Assembly (NCBI RefSeq): GCF_009914755.1 | Contig: NC_060926.1 | Strand: one strand, 5' to 3' | DNA from: the human T2T-CHM13v2.0 reference genome, Homo sapiens | Length of the DNA stretch: 64,000 nt | Shown here: piece after piece, positions 1-12,078 of the stretch | Position numbering within the stretch: the first letter of the stretch is position 1 | Layout of the letters: each line of letters begins with the position of its first letter | Program-made: the position numbers and the translations under genes | Notes under the pieces: generated by a model | Told to the model about the DNA's origin: nothing | What the model saw: only the letters and a program-made list of their open reading frames with translations | Database searches by the model: none

Positions 1-390
1 TTATTTACAAAGAAATGGCCAGGATGTAGAAAAACCTTAAGGGTTATTTCAAAATTTTCTGCCTAATTATCAAACTTAATCTGAGGGAGAAAGAGAAGGA
101 AGTAGTAACCAGAAACAAAGTAGAAACAGCTCATGGACAGGGCGGCCTTAGCTGTGACCTTAAGTAGAGGAGGCAACTTAGCAAAAAGGAAATGGGGCAG
201 AGGTGGGAGGTAGACACCCTAATACTTCTCTCTTGGCCCCCTCAGATCCCTTGGCTGTGCTCCTCTTTAGACAAACACAACCACAAGCCAAAGGCAAAGA
301 TCGCATTGGTACCTTCTATAGAGTTTAGCCTCCAGGGACATGGCAGGCTGAAGACAGTGGAAAGTAGAAATGAAGGGTCAGAGGATATGT
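1..390. mobile_element. Old ERVL-class LTR fragment (LTR33-like)
   Basis: Segment 'cctcagatcccttggctgtgctcctctttagacaaacacaaccacaagccaaaggcaaag...agcctccagggac' resembles the LTR33 consensus as I recall it; highly diverged. Confidence 0.5.
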
Positions 391-559
391 AGTTCCAGCA
401 TAGGACTTCAATGAACTTGCTTCCACATATTTTCTTATGCTATTGTCTAGAATTTCTTTAAGGCAAATATCAAGAATATTGAACTTGTTTAGGTAACAGA
501 ATTTGTACATATTCAACAATGCCAAATAATGAAAAATGGCTATTCACACCTAAAACCTG

Positions 560-1300
560 TGATCAAACTTAGTATCACTAGAATTGGGATAAACAGATAT
601 TATGTTCCTTATGATGTAAGGCAATAGTAGGACGCCATACCATCTCTGAAGTATTCATGCCTAAAATGTTGAAACTGAACTGAAACAAGCTGCAAGATCT
701 ATTAGTGCATAAGAATGCTGGGGGGCAGGGGAACAAGTTAAGTCATCATAAGAAAGCCTTCAGCCATATCAAAATGTGGGACATTCTGTATACAGGACAA
801 ATGCCCAGTTTTTCCAACGTATCAAATACAAAGAGATAAAAAAGATGAAAAAGAGAAATCAGTTTTAAAACTCTAGGAGACATATGCACTGAATGAAATA
901 TTTAGACTTTGGATTTAATTTAAACAAATCTACAACAACAACATTGTCAAATTTTTAAAAATATGGCCTTGGAACTATATAATAGTAACAAATGGCTATT
1001 CATTTTTGAGTGGGTCATAATGTCAGGGGTATGTATAAAAATGTCCATGTCAGTAAGACATGTATAGAAAAGAATTTCAGATAAAATAACAAAATGTGTT
1101 GGATTGTCTTTAAAATAATCCAGCAAATAAACAAACAAAAACTGAGGGGGGTGCATCAGAGGAGCAGTGGGAGTGGGTAGATGATATGATTTGGCAAAAT
1201 GTTGGTAACTGTTGAAGTTGAATAATGTGTACACGGAAGTTAATTATATTATTCTCTCTAATTTTGTGCGTATGAAAATGCCCATAATAAACATGCTAAA
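560..1300 (+). mobile_element. L1ME-type (L1ME3-like) 3'UTR fragment
   Basis: Motifs 'gaagtattcatgcctaaaatgttgaaactgaac' and 'ggacattctgtatacaggacaaatgcccagttttt'; 3' end 'gttgaagttgaataatgtgtacacggaagttaattatattattctctctaattttgtg...cataataaa'. Confidence 0.7.
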
Positions 1301-1339
1301 AGAAAAAATTATTTTGAATGGCTTTTGACAATAACAAGG

Positions 1340-4300
1340 CCAATTGATTTTTACATTAGCAGAATATAAGGTTTCTCATTTTCCCACATCCACTCCATAC
1401 TTACTACCTGAAATTATATTTATTTTGGACAATAGGTATATGTTTAATATTAACTTATTTTTCTTAAAACTTTACTTTCTCTAGATAATACGTTTCAACG
1501 TTATTTATTTGCTGACACTAGATTTTCCTATATGTGAATTGTTTATATATTTTAATTCATTTTCTATTTGGTTAACATTTTCTTGATATCTAACTGCTTT
1601 GTGTATGTTTTGTGTATTGAATTCTCAGTTATATTCAACGAAAATATCTTCTCTCAGACTGGTACTTGCCTTGTTACATTATTAATGCTGTCATTCATGT
1701 ACCATTTTTAAAAACAATTATACATTGAATATTTTCTAAGAAAAAATATATTTTATATTCTTTTTCAGATGATTTACAGTTTTGTTTTTTGGGATTTCAT
1801 TTTACATAAGAATTGAAGTGGAAATTATTTTTTTTTGTTCTCAAATGAATAACCCATCATTAGTTTTACAGAAGCATCTATAAGTTCCCTACTGATAAGT
1901 AATACGACTTCTTCCATGTATAGATTTTCAAATCATGTGTGGGTCTGCTTTTAGACACTGTTCCATTGAAATATTTGTACATCTCTGCCATATGAATATA
2001 TGCCGAATTACTGTAGTTTTATCATAAACCTTAATGCCTGCTTGTGCACATCCCAAGATAATTTTTTTCTTCAAAATTGTTTTGTATATTTTTCTCTTAT
2101 ATTTCCTAAGAACATTTGATGAAATTGTCATGTTCCATAAAACAACTACTGGCATTTTGATTGACTTATATTAAATTTACAGAATAATTTGGAAACATTT
2201 CCCATTGGTATTATATTGAGGCTTTCAGTCTACACACAGGCAGACATATCTCTAAATATTCAAGCTTCTACTAGGACCTTAAGTAAATATTTATAATCTT
2301 CTCCATGAAGACTTTTGCATTCTTCTATATTTGTTTCAAATATACTTCATATTTTAATGCTCTTACGAATATTTTAATATAACATTTTATTTGTCGTACA
2401 TGTGTAAGAATAGTATTAATTTTGCAGTCTCATTATGTTACCATCAATTTCATCAAACTATTTATTAGCTGTAGTTTTTTGACTACATATTTTCTTGGAT
2501 TTTCTTAGTAAAAATTCAAAAGCAGATTATAATATACTAACAGTTTTATTTCTTCCAATTTTTATACTCCCACATCAGTTTTTTTTCTTATCTTGCTGTA
2601 CCGGTAGAACTTCCAAAACAATATGAAAAAAACAGAGATGATAGTGAATATCTCATTTTTTTTGCCAACTGAAATGGCAATGCCCCTGAAGTTTCAACAG
2701 TAAATTTATGTCTAATTTAGTTTACATTGTTGTCATTTTTGGTTTTTGTAATATGCTTAACAACTCAAGAAAATAACTTTCTATTTCAAATTTTCTAGCA
2801 GTCTGTATTAAGAATAAGTGTGAAATTTTGTCAAATATGTTTTTAGGATCTATTGAAATGATTATCAAATTTTTGTTTTTCTTCAAGCCATTACATGGTG
2901 TTTTTACATTAATTAGTTTTCTTAGCTGAATCATCATTAACACAAACAACAAAAACAAACATTTGTTAAATTTGATATGCTGATATTTTACATATGGTTC
3001 TTGAATATTTACATGTTATCGATTTTTTCCTGCCTATATTTTTGTTGCTTTTCTTTCATCTCTCCTTTTTCCTTCCATTCTTCCTTATTTCTTCTGTCTG
3101 TATTTTTCTTCTTATTGATTCCTTCCTCCTTTATTCCTTTGTACTATCATTGTCATACATATTACATCCATGTATGTTACAAATCCAACAATATCATGTT
3201 ATCATCATTGCTTTATGGGGTCACATCTTGTAAAGAAGTTAAGAGAAGAAATGAGAATATATAGTATTTTAATATATTTTTAACCACCTATTTCTTTTTA
3301 CAGTATCCGTCATTTCTTCTTGTAGATTTGAGTTAGCATCTGATATCACTTCTTCCCAGCCTGATGATTTCTGTTAGAACTTTCTATAAGGCTCTTCTGG
3401 TAAGAACACATTCTCTTGGTCTTTGTAAAGAAAAGTTTCTATTTGACTTCCATTTTTGAATGTTTGCCATAAGTTTACCATCATTCTTGGTAGACAATCT
3501 TGTTTTTATATCTGTTTTCAGCACTTGAAATTGTCATTCCACTGTCTCTGACCTCCCTAGTTTCTGACAGAAGTTATCCTTTATATCTTGAGATTTTTCT
3601 TCTGCTATTTTCAAAATTTTCTTTTGGTCTTAATCTCTCAATAGTTTACCTATGTGTCTAGTTGTGAATATGCCTTTATTCAACTTATAATTTGTTGAAG
3701 TGTTTGCGTTTATTGTTAAATAAATTTCTGGTTTCAAATCAATTTTGGGACATTTTCAGCTATTACTTCTTCAAATATTTTTCTATGCATTTCAACATTT
3801 CCTTTCCTCCCAGAACTCGTTATTACTCATTTCTTGATACGGTTGATATTTTCCCACAGGTTTTTTGTTGACTTTTCTTTTTTTTTTTTTTTTTTTTTTT
3901 CTGAGATGGAGTCTTGCACTGTTGCCCAGGCTGGAGTGCAGTGGCGCGATCTCGGCTCACTGCAAGCTCTGCCTCCTGGGTTCACGCCATTCTCCTGACT
4001 CAGCCTCCTGAGTAGCTGGGACTACAGGTGCCCACCACCACGCCCAGCTAATTTTTTGTATTGTTAGTAGAGACGGGGTTTCACCGTGTTAGCCAGGATG
4101 GTCTTGATCTCCTGACCTCATGATCCACCCACCTCAGCCTCCCAAAGTGCTGGGATTACAGGCGTGAGCCACCGCCCCTGGCCTGTTGACTTTCCTTAAT
4201 TTTTTTTTTCTCTGTTCCTCAGGTTGGATAATTTCTATTGCTCTAATTTCAAGTTCACTTATTCTTTCTTCTGCCTTCTCAAATATTCTTTTGAGCCCCT

Positions 4301-5500
4301 CACATGAGTTTTGTATTTCATTTACTGTACTTTCCAACTCCAGAATTTTTGCTTGATCCTTTTAAATAAAACCTTATTTTTGAGATTATCTATTTATTAC
4401 ATCCCCATTACCATATATCTTTTCCTTAAGCATGGTTCCTAATGTGATTTCAACCTATTTATAATAGCTATTCTGAAGTCTTTGCCTAATCTAACATCTG
4501 GGGACAATCAGAAGTTTCTATTTACTGCTTTTTCCTTTGAATTTGGATAGTATTTTCTTGTATATTTCCATGTCTCCTAATTTTTGATAATATATCAGCA
4601 ACTCTGAATTTGGCTCTTAACAACCTTCAACCTGATTTGTTGTTTGTTTCTAAATTTGCCTAGACTACATCTGTGTAATTTAGGCAAGTTTATAATGTAA
4701 TCCAATAATGCATGGCTGCTGATTTCTGCTCAATTTTTTGTTTGGTTTTATTTTTAAGCCTTGGTTCCTGTGTTGGCATAGCTTAGAGGTCATCCAAAGA
4801 TGGGTCAGTTTTTTTTCTCAAATACTTAAAGCCAGTAAAGCTTCAACCCTCTGTCAATGGATTTATGTGTGGGCTGAAGAGTATATTCAAACTTTAAGTT
4901 ATTTTCAAATTTGCCACACCTTTTCCATTCTGCCAGGCTGTCTTGTGACTCTTTTGAGAGTTATCTCTTCCCACCAGTCCCATGGAGCAGTTTTAAGTGG
5001 ATAGTGTGTGTGCGTTCTGGTCACTCCACACACGCACAAAGTATATAGTGAGCTTATTGAGCCCTCTATAACTGTCTCACCCCCCTGGAACTCTCTGTTA
5101 AATCCCCAGTTAGTCTGCTGACCCTTTCTGTTTGCTTGGTGCTGAAATAGATGCTTAGGCTAACAACACAACAAATGAAGTGTCTTCACCACCAGCAGCA
5201 ACAAAGAAACTAGTTTTCACAGCTTGCCACGCCTTGGTGGAAGTACCATGACGACAGAGTTCAGGATGCGGGTTGAGGGAAAAGGAAGCAGTCCCGGACA
5301 GGAATGCCACAGACCTTTATTTTTCTTATACAAAGTTTAGTGATGTTTTATGAATAAAAACTTTGTTGCATACCCTTGGTAAAATTCCAGAGTACAAAAT
5401 AGTTGCTTTGAACATTTCTTTCAGCTTTATACTTAATTTTTTAGAAGTGATTTTTTTTTTTATGTCCTCATTCCATCATGGTAGAAGTCAGGTCTCTATT
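1340..5500 (-). mobile_element. Long degraded L1M (ORF2, ORF1 and 5' portions), interrupted by an AluY
   Basis: T-rich antisense L1 phrases throughout (e.g. 'gattttcctatatgtgaattgtttatat', 'ggatctattgaaatgattatc', 'ctctaatttcaagttcacttattctttcttctgcc'). Minus-strand ORFs 2722-2958 (IIISIDPKNIFDKISH) and 4134-4337 (AEERISELE) are ORF2- and ORF1-like. Boundaries approximate. Confidence 0.75.
3878..4183 (-). mobile_element. AluY
   Basis: Full dimer with poly-T; AluY diagnostics 'gcaagctc', 'cacgccattctcc', 'gttagccaggatggtc'. TSD tgttgacttt at 3866-3875 and 4184-4193. Confidence 0.95.
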
Positions 5501-6245
5501 ACAAGTTTTTTATACTTTATGATGTATTGGATGATCTCATTTGTCAAGTGATTATGCCCTTTGTGTTCATTTATAACTGTTCCAACACCTTCAAGGTCTG
5601 AAAACTTCCCCTTTCTTGTGATTCCCTGAACCAGGAGGGATATTTGTGTCCCTTAAATTGTTTGTTTCCAATTTCAATTTAACCTAGATTTATTCTTTCT
5701 TGGTCAAGTTGGAGTCTTTTAGGTAAATCAAATTTTGTTTATCAATTTATCAGCTTTCAGTTGATGTGGCTCAGAAAAACACTTTTTCTTAAATTTTTTT
5801 TCATCATGTTAATACATTCGTAATTATCAGCTGTGAGCTCTAATTCTGCCAAAGCTGCCCTGCATGTTTAATTGGTTCTTGCTTTTAATACTCAACTTTG
5901 TAGTGAACAAATATGGACTTAGCTGTTGGTTACACATATTTATTGGGCCTCCTGTAATAACTCCCCTTTTCTACATTTTTTTGGATTTCTATCTTGATAT
6001 TAACACATAATTTACTATTCTTTTAGTCTCTGCTTCTGCATTACAATTGCTTTTCTTTTCATGAACAAATGGTATCTATATAAAATTTCAGGTAATAATA
6101 TCTTCACAAGAGAGAACCTCAGGTGATTACTCACTAATAAGTGACAAGGAAAATGATTCTGAGGTTCCTGGGTGATAATAAATATCAGTTACTACCTCGC
6201 CCTGATGGCTAGTTTCAATGTTCTGGAGGAATAATGGGAGGAGAG

Positions 6246-6460
6246 TAATAGCTATTACTATTGAACTACTTACTGTATACTGGATGCTAAGGTTTATCTA
6301 CATTACCTAAATTATTTTGTGTAGTTCTCACCAAAAAAAGCCCACACACAAACCATGAAGTAGGTATTGTTAATATTCATATTTTTAAAGTTAAGAAATT
6401 GACACTCAAGAGATGGGTTTGAAATCTTGATATTGAAGACCCCAGTATGATGTGGTTATT
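6246..6460 (-). mobile_element. MIR
   Basis: 'aatagctattactattgaactacttactgt...aaaccatgaagtaggtattgttaatattcatatttt...aagaaattgacactcaagag' matches the antisense MIR core. Confidence 0.65.
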
Positions 6461-6616
6461 AATCAGAACAGATGCTGGCTTCACACAACAGGGTGGCTTT
6501 ACTGGTGCCGCAAGCACCAGTGCTGCTGAGGGGAAATGTGAAAAAAGAGTAAAGCAGTACTGCATTTATTTTCAAATGTCAGAAATGTCAAATAATATCA
6601 GCTTAACAATTAAGCT

Positions 6617-6723
6617 GGTTGGTAGGTGCAGCAAACCACCATGGCACATGTTTACCTATGTAACAAAACTGCACGTCCTGCATATGTAGCCAGGAAGTTA
6701 AAACAAAATAAAATTAAAAAAAA
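6617..6723 (+). mobile_element. Very short 5'-truncated L1PA (older L1PA subfamily) 3' end
   Basis: 'ggtgcagcaaaccaccatggcacatgtttacctatgtaacaaaactgcacgtcctgcatatgta' plus an A-rich tail; probable TSD aa(t/g)taagct at 6608-6616 and 6722-6730. Confidence 0.85.
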
Positions 6724-6799
6724 GTAAGCTAATATTATTTGTTAGATATATAAATCTTGTTATTTCATACAGCAACAATCAAGAATTTGACTGGCTCTG

Positions 6800-7000
6800 G
6801 ATTGCATATGCCTTCACAGAGTCATATTGTATCCGGGACATTTTTAGCATCTTCTTTGGTGGATTTTGTCCTTACAGGAGAAGGATGCTGAACCTTCAGA
6901 TATCAGGCCAGCATTCCCAAAAGAAAGAAGGAAGAATGGTGAAAGGCAAAGGATCAAAGAAATAGGTTTGTAACTTTTTTAAGAGCTTTCCTTGATCCCA
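6800..7000. mobile_element. Possible old MaLR (MLT1) fragment
   Basis: 'gcattcccaaaagaaagaaggaagaatggtgaaaggcaaagg...ctttttaagagctttcc' resembles old MLT1 LTRs; weak. Confidence 0.4.
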
Positions 7001-7019
7001 TCTCTGGAATACAATGACT

Positions 7020-7740
7020 AGGGATACCACCAGACATTAGGTGCCTCCTGATGTGACACAGCATCAAGTATTCATATAGAATTATATATCATTTTGTTAA
7101 GTATTCTTGCCAAGAAGTTGAACTTGAATCTAATCAGTGAAAAGCTAACATCCAATTTACAATAAATACAGACTAAAGAAACAGAAAAATTGATAAGAAT
7201 AAGCAATCATTTATAATAATATTTAGAATATATACCATTTTATAAAACAAGCAACAAATTTGAATCAACAATTCAAAAATACGAAGAAAAATGAAAGAAA
7301 AATTATGGGTAAAACTGTTCTTGATTGAAAGAGACTAAAATCAAATACAATTAGTAATCTTTGTTTGAATTCTAATTCCAAAGGGCAATTTTTAAAAAGA
7401 GAATTCAAAAATCTTGAATTGGCCTGAATGTTATATAATATTAATAAAATACATTGATTTTATGATTTTATGGGTGTGCACATGGTACAGTATGATTCTG
7501 TAAATAAAATTTTCATACTTTTGAAAAATGCATGTGGAAATAGATTTAAAATGATGTGGTTGTGTATTTGCAGCAAGAATAATAACAACAATCAGTAGAA
7601 GACAGGATTAAAGGAAGTGTGTATAGAGAGGGCAGAGCACACAGAGCCAATCCACTGAATCTACACTGGTACACTTCAATGCATGGTATGAAACTGAAAA
7701 AAGGAAAATAAAAAATAACACACACGAAAAGGGTTAAACT
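7020..7740 (+). mobile_element. L1ME-type 3'UTR fragment
   Basis: 'gacattaggtgcctcctgatgtgac...aagtattcttgccaagaagttgaacttgaatctaatc'; same family motifs as 560-1300. Confidence 0.65.
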
Positions 7741-8659
7741 AGGTAAACATAGCCCAAAGAGTTAGACTACTTTCTTTTTTCTTCTTCTTTTTTTTTTTTA
7801 TTCCAGTTTCTTTTACCAGTTATCCTTGTGCTATTCTGCAAATTCTCTGATATCTTGCCTTTGGAGACTGTCCTCTTTTTTTTTTTTTTCTCTGCTCTTC
7901 CACTCAGGTGTGGCAGTCAGTCATTTTCCCATTTTCACCAATAGCCACTCATGTACATTTGATCTGGAGCCTACTTTACTGATATTTGCGGACATAGCAG
8001 ATGTTCATATAGAAGAAATACAGACAACTTAAAATTAGGTTCAGCCTTTGGACTTCCCCCATGTTTCTTTATCCTCTCTCACTCTTCTCTTTTTTCTTTC
8101 TCACATTTTCCAGAAATTTCCCCATGTATTACTATATGGAACAATATAGCTTTCTGCTCTCCTTCATATTTCTAAAGCCTCAATGAATCTGATAAATAAT
8201 TCACTATCTAGTCTGAGTTTCACCCTCATCTCATACTAGTCTGTAAGATATAGCCAGATTTACACAGAGAATATAACAATATGTGCTCCCCATGACCACA
8301 TCCCCTTTACCCTTGCCAGAAAGCAAAACTAATGACAGTAATTTTAGTTTTAAATATTTTTATTTCTATTTCAATTATATTTATATAATCAAAATCATAG
8401 TTACGCTATTTTTATTTTTATTTTGTTTTTCTCATGTCCTTAAGTGTTATTGGCAATTTTATCATTCTTGTCTTTTGTCAATTTCCAAAAAGGAAAAACA
8501 TTATATTTCCTTTGTTATTGTCATCCACTGTGGGAGATAAATTAGCTATATTCTTCTCTGTCTTCACAATCATGTTATTTCAGAATGCTTTGATACAAAG
8601 ACTTTTCCTGACTTTGATTGCTGGAGCAACACATTGTCATAGCTGTGACAATAATATTA

Positions 8660-8850
8660 AAGTGTGATGTTGAGCAAGCAGTTGTGGGCTTCAGTTTTTT
8701 TCTATCTATAAAACAAAGGATTTAAGATAAATTATCACTAATGACCCCTGCAATGTTGGTTTTATTAAAACTGTATATTCTCCTTCATTTTACAAATGTG
8801 AGGGAATTTAGCATAGGAAGATTAACTAACAGCCCAAAGGCAATATTAGA
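8660..8850. mobile_element. MIR/MIR3 fragments in both orientations
   Basis: 'gggcttcagtttttttctatctataaaac' (+) and 'cttcattttacaaatgtgagggaatttagcataggaagattaactaacagcccaagg' (-). Confidence 0.5.
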
Positions 8851-9187
8851 AGACCTGATAGGTCTTTATTTCTATCTTCTTAATATATTTGTCTAAAAAG
8901 GTAAAACTCTTCCAAGTCACAGTACAATACAGACATTATGGACTAGTGTGCTCCATAGATGTCACACACACCATCCAAGCTTTTGGATCCACACACAGAG
9001 GTGGAAAGAGAGGGTCACTTTTCCTTTAGGGAGAAATGACTTTAAAGGGATATGTCACTGGAGACTACAGTAAAAGTCTATGAAGTGGTTGTAATGTCAG
9101 ACCTCTTAAAACAACTTTAAAAGTGAAATATCTGTAGACTTTGAATCAATCTACTTGGGCAGCATCACCTATGAGCTCTAACAAATA

Positions 9188-9336
9188 CAGTAGTCCCCTC
9201 TTATCTGCAGGAGATATGTTCCAAGACCCCCAGTGTCTGAAATCATGGGTAGTACTAAACTATGTGTGTGTATGTATGTGTATATATACACTATGTGTGT
9301 ATATATATAGTTTAGTACTACCCATGGTTTCATATA

Positions 9337-9383
<47 letters not shown>

Positions 9384-9609
9384 TATGTGTTTTCCTATCA
9401 TACAAACCTATAATAAAGTTTAGTTTATAAATTAGGAACAGAGAGATGAACGATAACCAATAATAAAATGGAACAATTATAACAATATGTCATAATAAAA
9501 GTTATGTGAATGTGGTCCTCCCTCCCCCTCAAAATATTTTCAGTCAAAACAGTTGACTGTGGGTAACTGAAACTATAGAAAATGAAACCGCGGATAAGTG
9601 GGGCTACTG
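9188..9609. mobile_element. MER44A/Tigger7-type non-autonomous DNA transposon (TcMar-Tigger)
   Basis: TIRs cagtagtcccctcttatctgcag and ccgcggataagtggggctactg; TA TSD at 9186-9187 and 9610-9611; internal 'gttccaagacccccagtg' and 'aataaaagttatgtgaatgtggtc'. Confidence 0.88.
9342..9382. repeat. (TA)n microsatellite, about 20 units, inside MER44
   Basis: Read directly from the sequence. Confidence 0.95.
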
Positions 9610-10339
9610 TATGTATAAACAGAGGACAAGATTCCCATCAACGGTGTCTTTGCCAGCACTGAGGAAATGTTTAATGAAACACTGCTGGGCTGGAGATTTA
9701 TAAGGAGCAGATGGCAAGAGAGAGGAGCTTTTGAAATGCAATTGAACTGGATAAGTTCAAGCAGGGAGGACAGTAGACATGCTTTAAAGATGAACAAAAT
9801 CACAGTTTCAAGTAATGCACCCTAGATGTGGATTGCTGGGAAACTGTGAAAAACAGAGTCATTCTTTTTGATCAATGCTTAAGGTTGACTGAGTCTAAAT
9901 TGTAGACCTAATTGTAGACTTAAATTGCAAACCTAACAGCAAGGTAGAACTGTGTGAATTTAGACACGTATTATAGAATACATGAATAATTTAAATAGTG
10001 CTGATCTGACGTCTTTTTCTGAATTACCTGTGAATAAAAACTCCGTGCTAAATCAATTGCAAAGTAAACACTTGAATTCCTACGACTATACAACTTTTCA
10101 TTATAATAAGAATCACCAGTTTTAAACAAACACATGTAAATAATTCTTTTACATTTATTAGATTAGATTTCTCAATGTTTTTCATCAAGAAACTCCTTTT
10201 TAACTGACTTACTTTATAACCTTGTATCAATTTAATAATACTTTTATTCCTTAGATTTCTAGTTAATTCAGAACACATTCATATTTCTATAAAACTTGCC
10301 TTAATTTGCTGTAATTTATTTATTTTGAAAATGTAAACT

Positions 10340-10580
10340 AAGACTTAGTATGAGCTGACGATGAACCCCACACTGGACTAAGGACTTCATATGTATTTTT
10401 TTCACTTAATATAAAAATCGCCTTATTAAATATGTTCTGTATGCACTCTCATTTTGTAACTCAGGAAACTGAGAGTAAGTGAATGTAAGTAACTTTATCA
10501 AGCTCACACTACTGGCGAATGGTAAAGCTAGGACTAAACCCTACATCTTTTTATCTCCCAGAATAGTCATCTAATATTTC
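10340..10580 (-). mobile_element. MIR
   Basis: 'cattttgtaactcaggaaactgagagtaagtgaatgtaagtaactttatcaagctcacactactggcgaatggtaaagctaggactaaaccc'. Confidence 0.75.
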
Positions 10581-11524
10581 ATATAACACATAAAGGGACC
10601 CAAATCATGATTTACCAATCCCAGGAGCTTGAAAACTCTTAGTTGATTCTTTTCTACTTTATAAATTTGCAATGCAAACAGACTTTTTTAAATCATTGAT
10701 CAATCAACATGAAATTATTGTTGCAACTGATTTTAGCACCTTTAATAGACATTGTGGTTGAGTCCGCAATATCGATTTTATTCCAGTTGATAATTTGAAC
10801 AAGTCATGGCAATCTTAAACTTCTTGCTTGGTCATTGAAGAGAGACAGGGATCTTGGCCATTTCAGGGAAAGATGAATACAGAAGCATGAGGCCATCCTA
10901 CTCTCTTATGAGCAACTAGGCTTAGGGTGAGGCCAGCATTGTGGATGAGAGAAAGAGCTGGGGTCATTTATTATACTGTGGTTCTCTGGATATACTATGG
11001 GTATATCTGTGGGTCTCTGGATATACTTATTCTAAGTACATCCCTACCTAAACTACTTTGTGAGTTTATACATTTAGTAATTTTAAGACAGCTTGAGTAG
11101 AATCTCTTGCTATTTGCATACAAAAAGTCGGGGTAGTAAGAAATCAGGGTTGATAGTTATCATAAGATAACATTAGAATGAGCTTGAAAGTCAGGTAAAA
11201 GTTTGTAACTGATGCTGTAGAAAATAAGGAAACATTCTTAGTTTTAAAAGAAATGAGCATGATGCAAGATTTCATTAATACCCCTGTCCTGGAAGTGTTT
11301 TGCAGCATACATTCTTTGGTGGAGTGTGATAAGACCCTTGCCTAATATTAAAGACATAATGAGAATAGAGCTTGTATTAAAGAGAGTACAGGAGATAAGC
11401 CAAATGTGTGGTAAAAAATTAATATGACTTTTATTCGCTTATGCTAGGGGATTGGTTAGATTCTTGGGATAAAGAAGAAGGAAATGACGAACAGGAGTAA
11501 GAGTTCCCTTGGTTGTATAATAGT

Positions 11525-11725
11525 AAGAATAAGAAACAGCGTTAATACAGAGCTTTTCTATGTGCTTATCATTGTTCAAGGTCTATAGATATATTGACTA
11601 ATTTAATTATCCGATGGTCTCATGTGATAATTATTACCTTCTTTTTACAGATGAGAAAACAGACTGACTTGTCCAAGGCCACATAGCTAGTGAATGGCAG
11701 AGCTAGGATTAAAATTCATGTAGAT
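11525..11725 (-). mobile_element. MIR
   Basis: 'tttttacagatgagaaaacagactgacttgtccaaggccacatagctagtgaatggcagagctaggatt'. Confidence 0.85.
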
Positions 11726-11780
11726 AAATTGCAAGTATGGAGCATTTGGGGGAAAGAAACTGGCCTTAAGAAAATAAAGT

Positions 11781-12078
<298 letters not shown>

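Noticed and set aside
560-7740. Similarity between 590-700 and 7030-7140 as a segmental duplication
   Set aside because: Both are highly diverged copies of the same L1ME 3'UTR family, not a local duplication.
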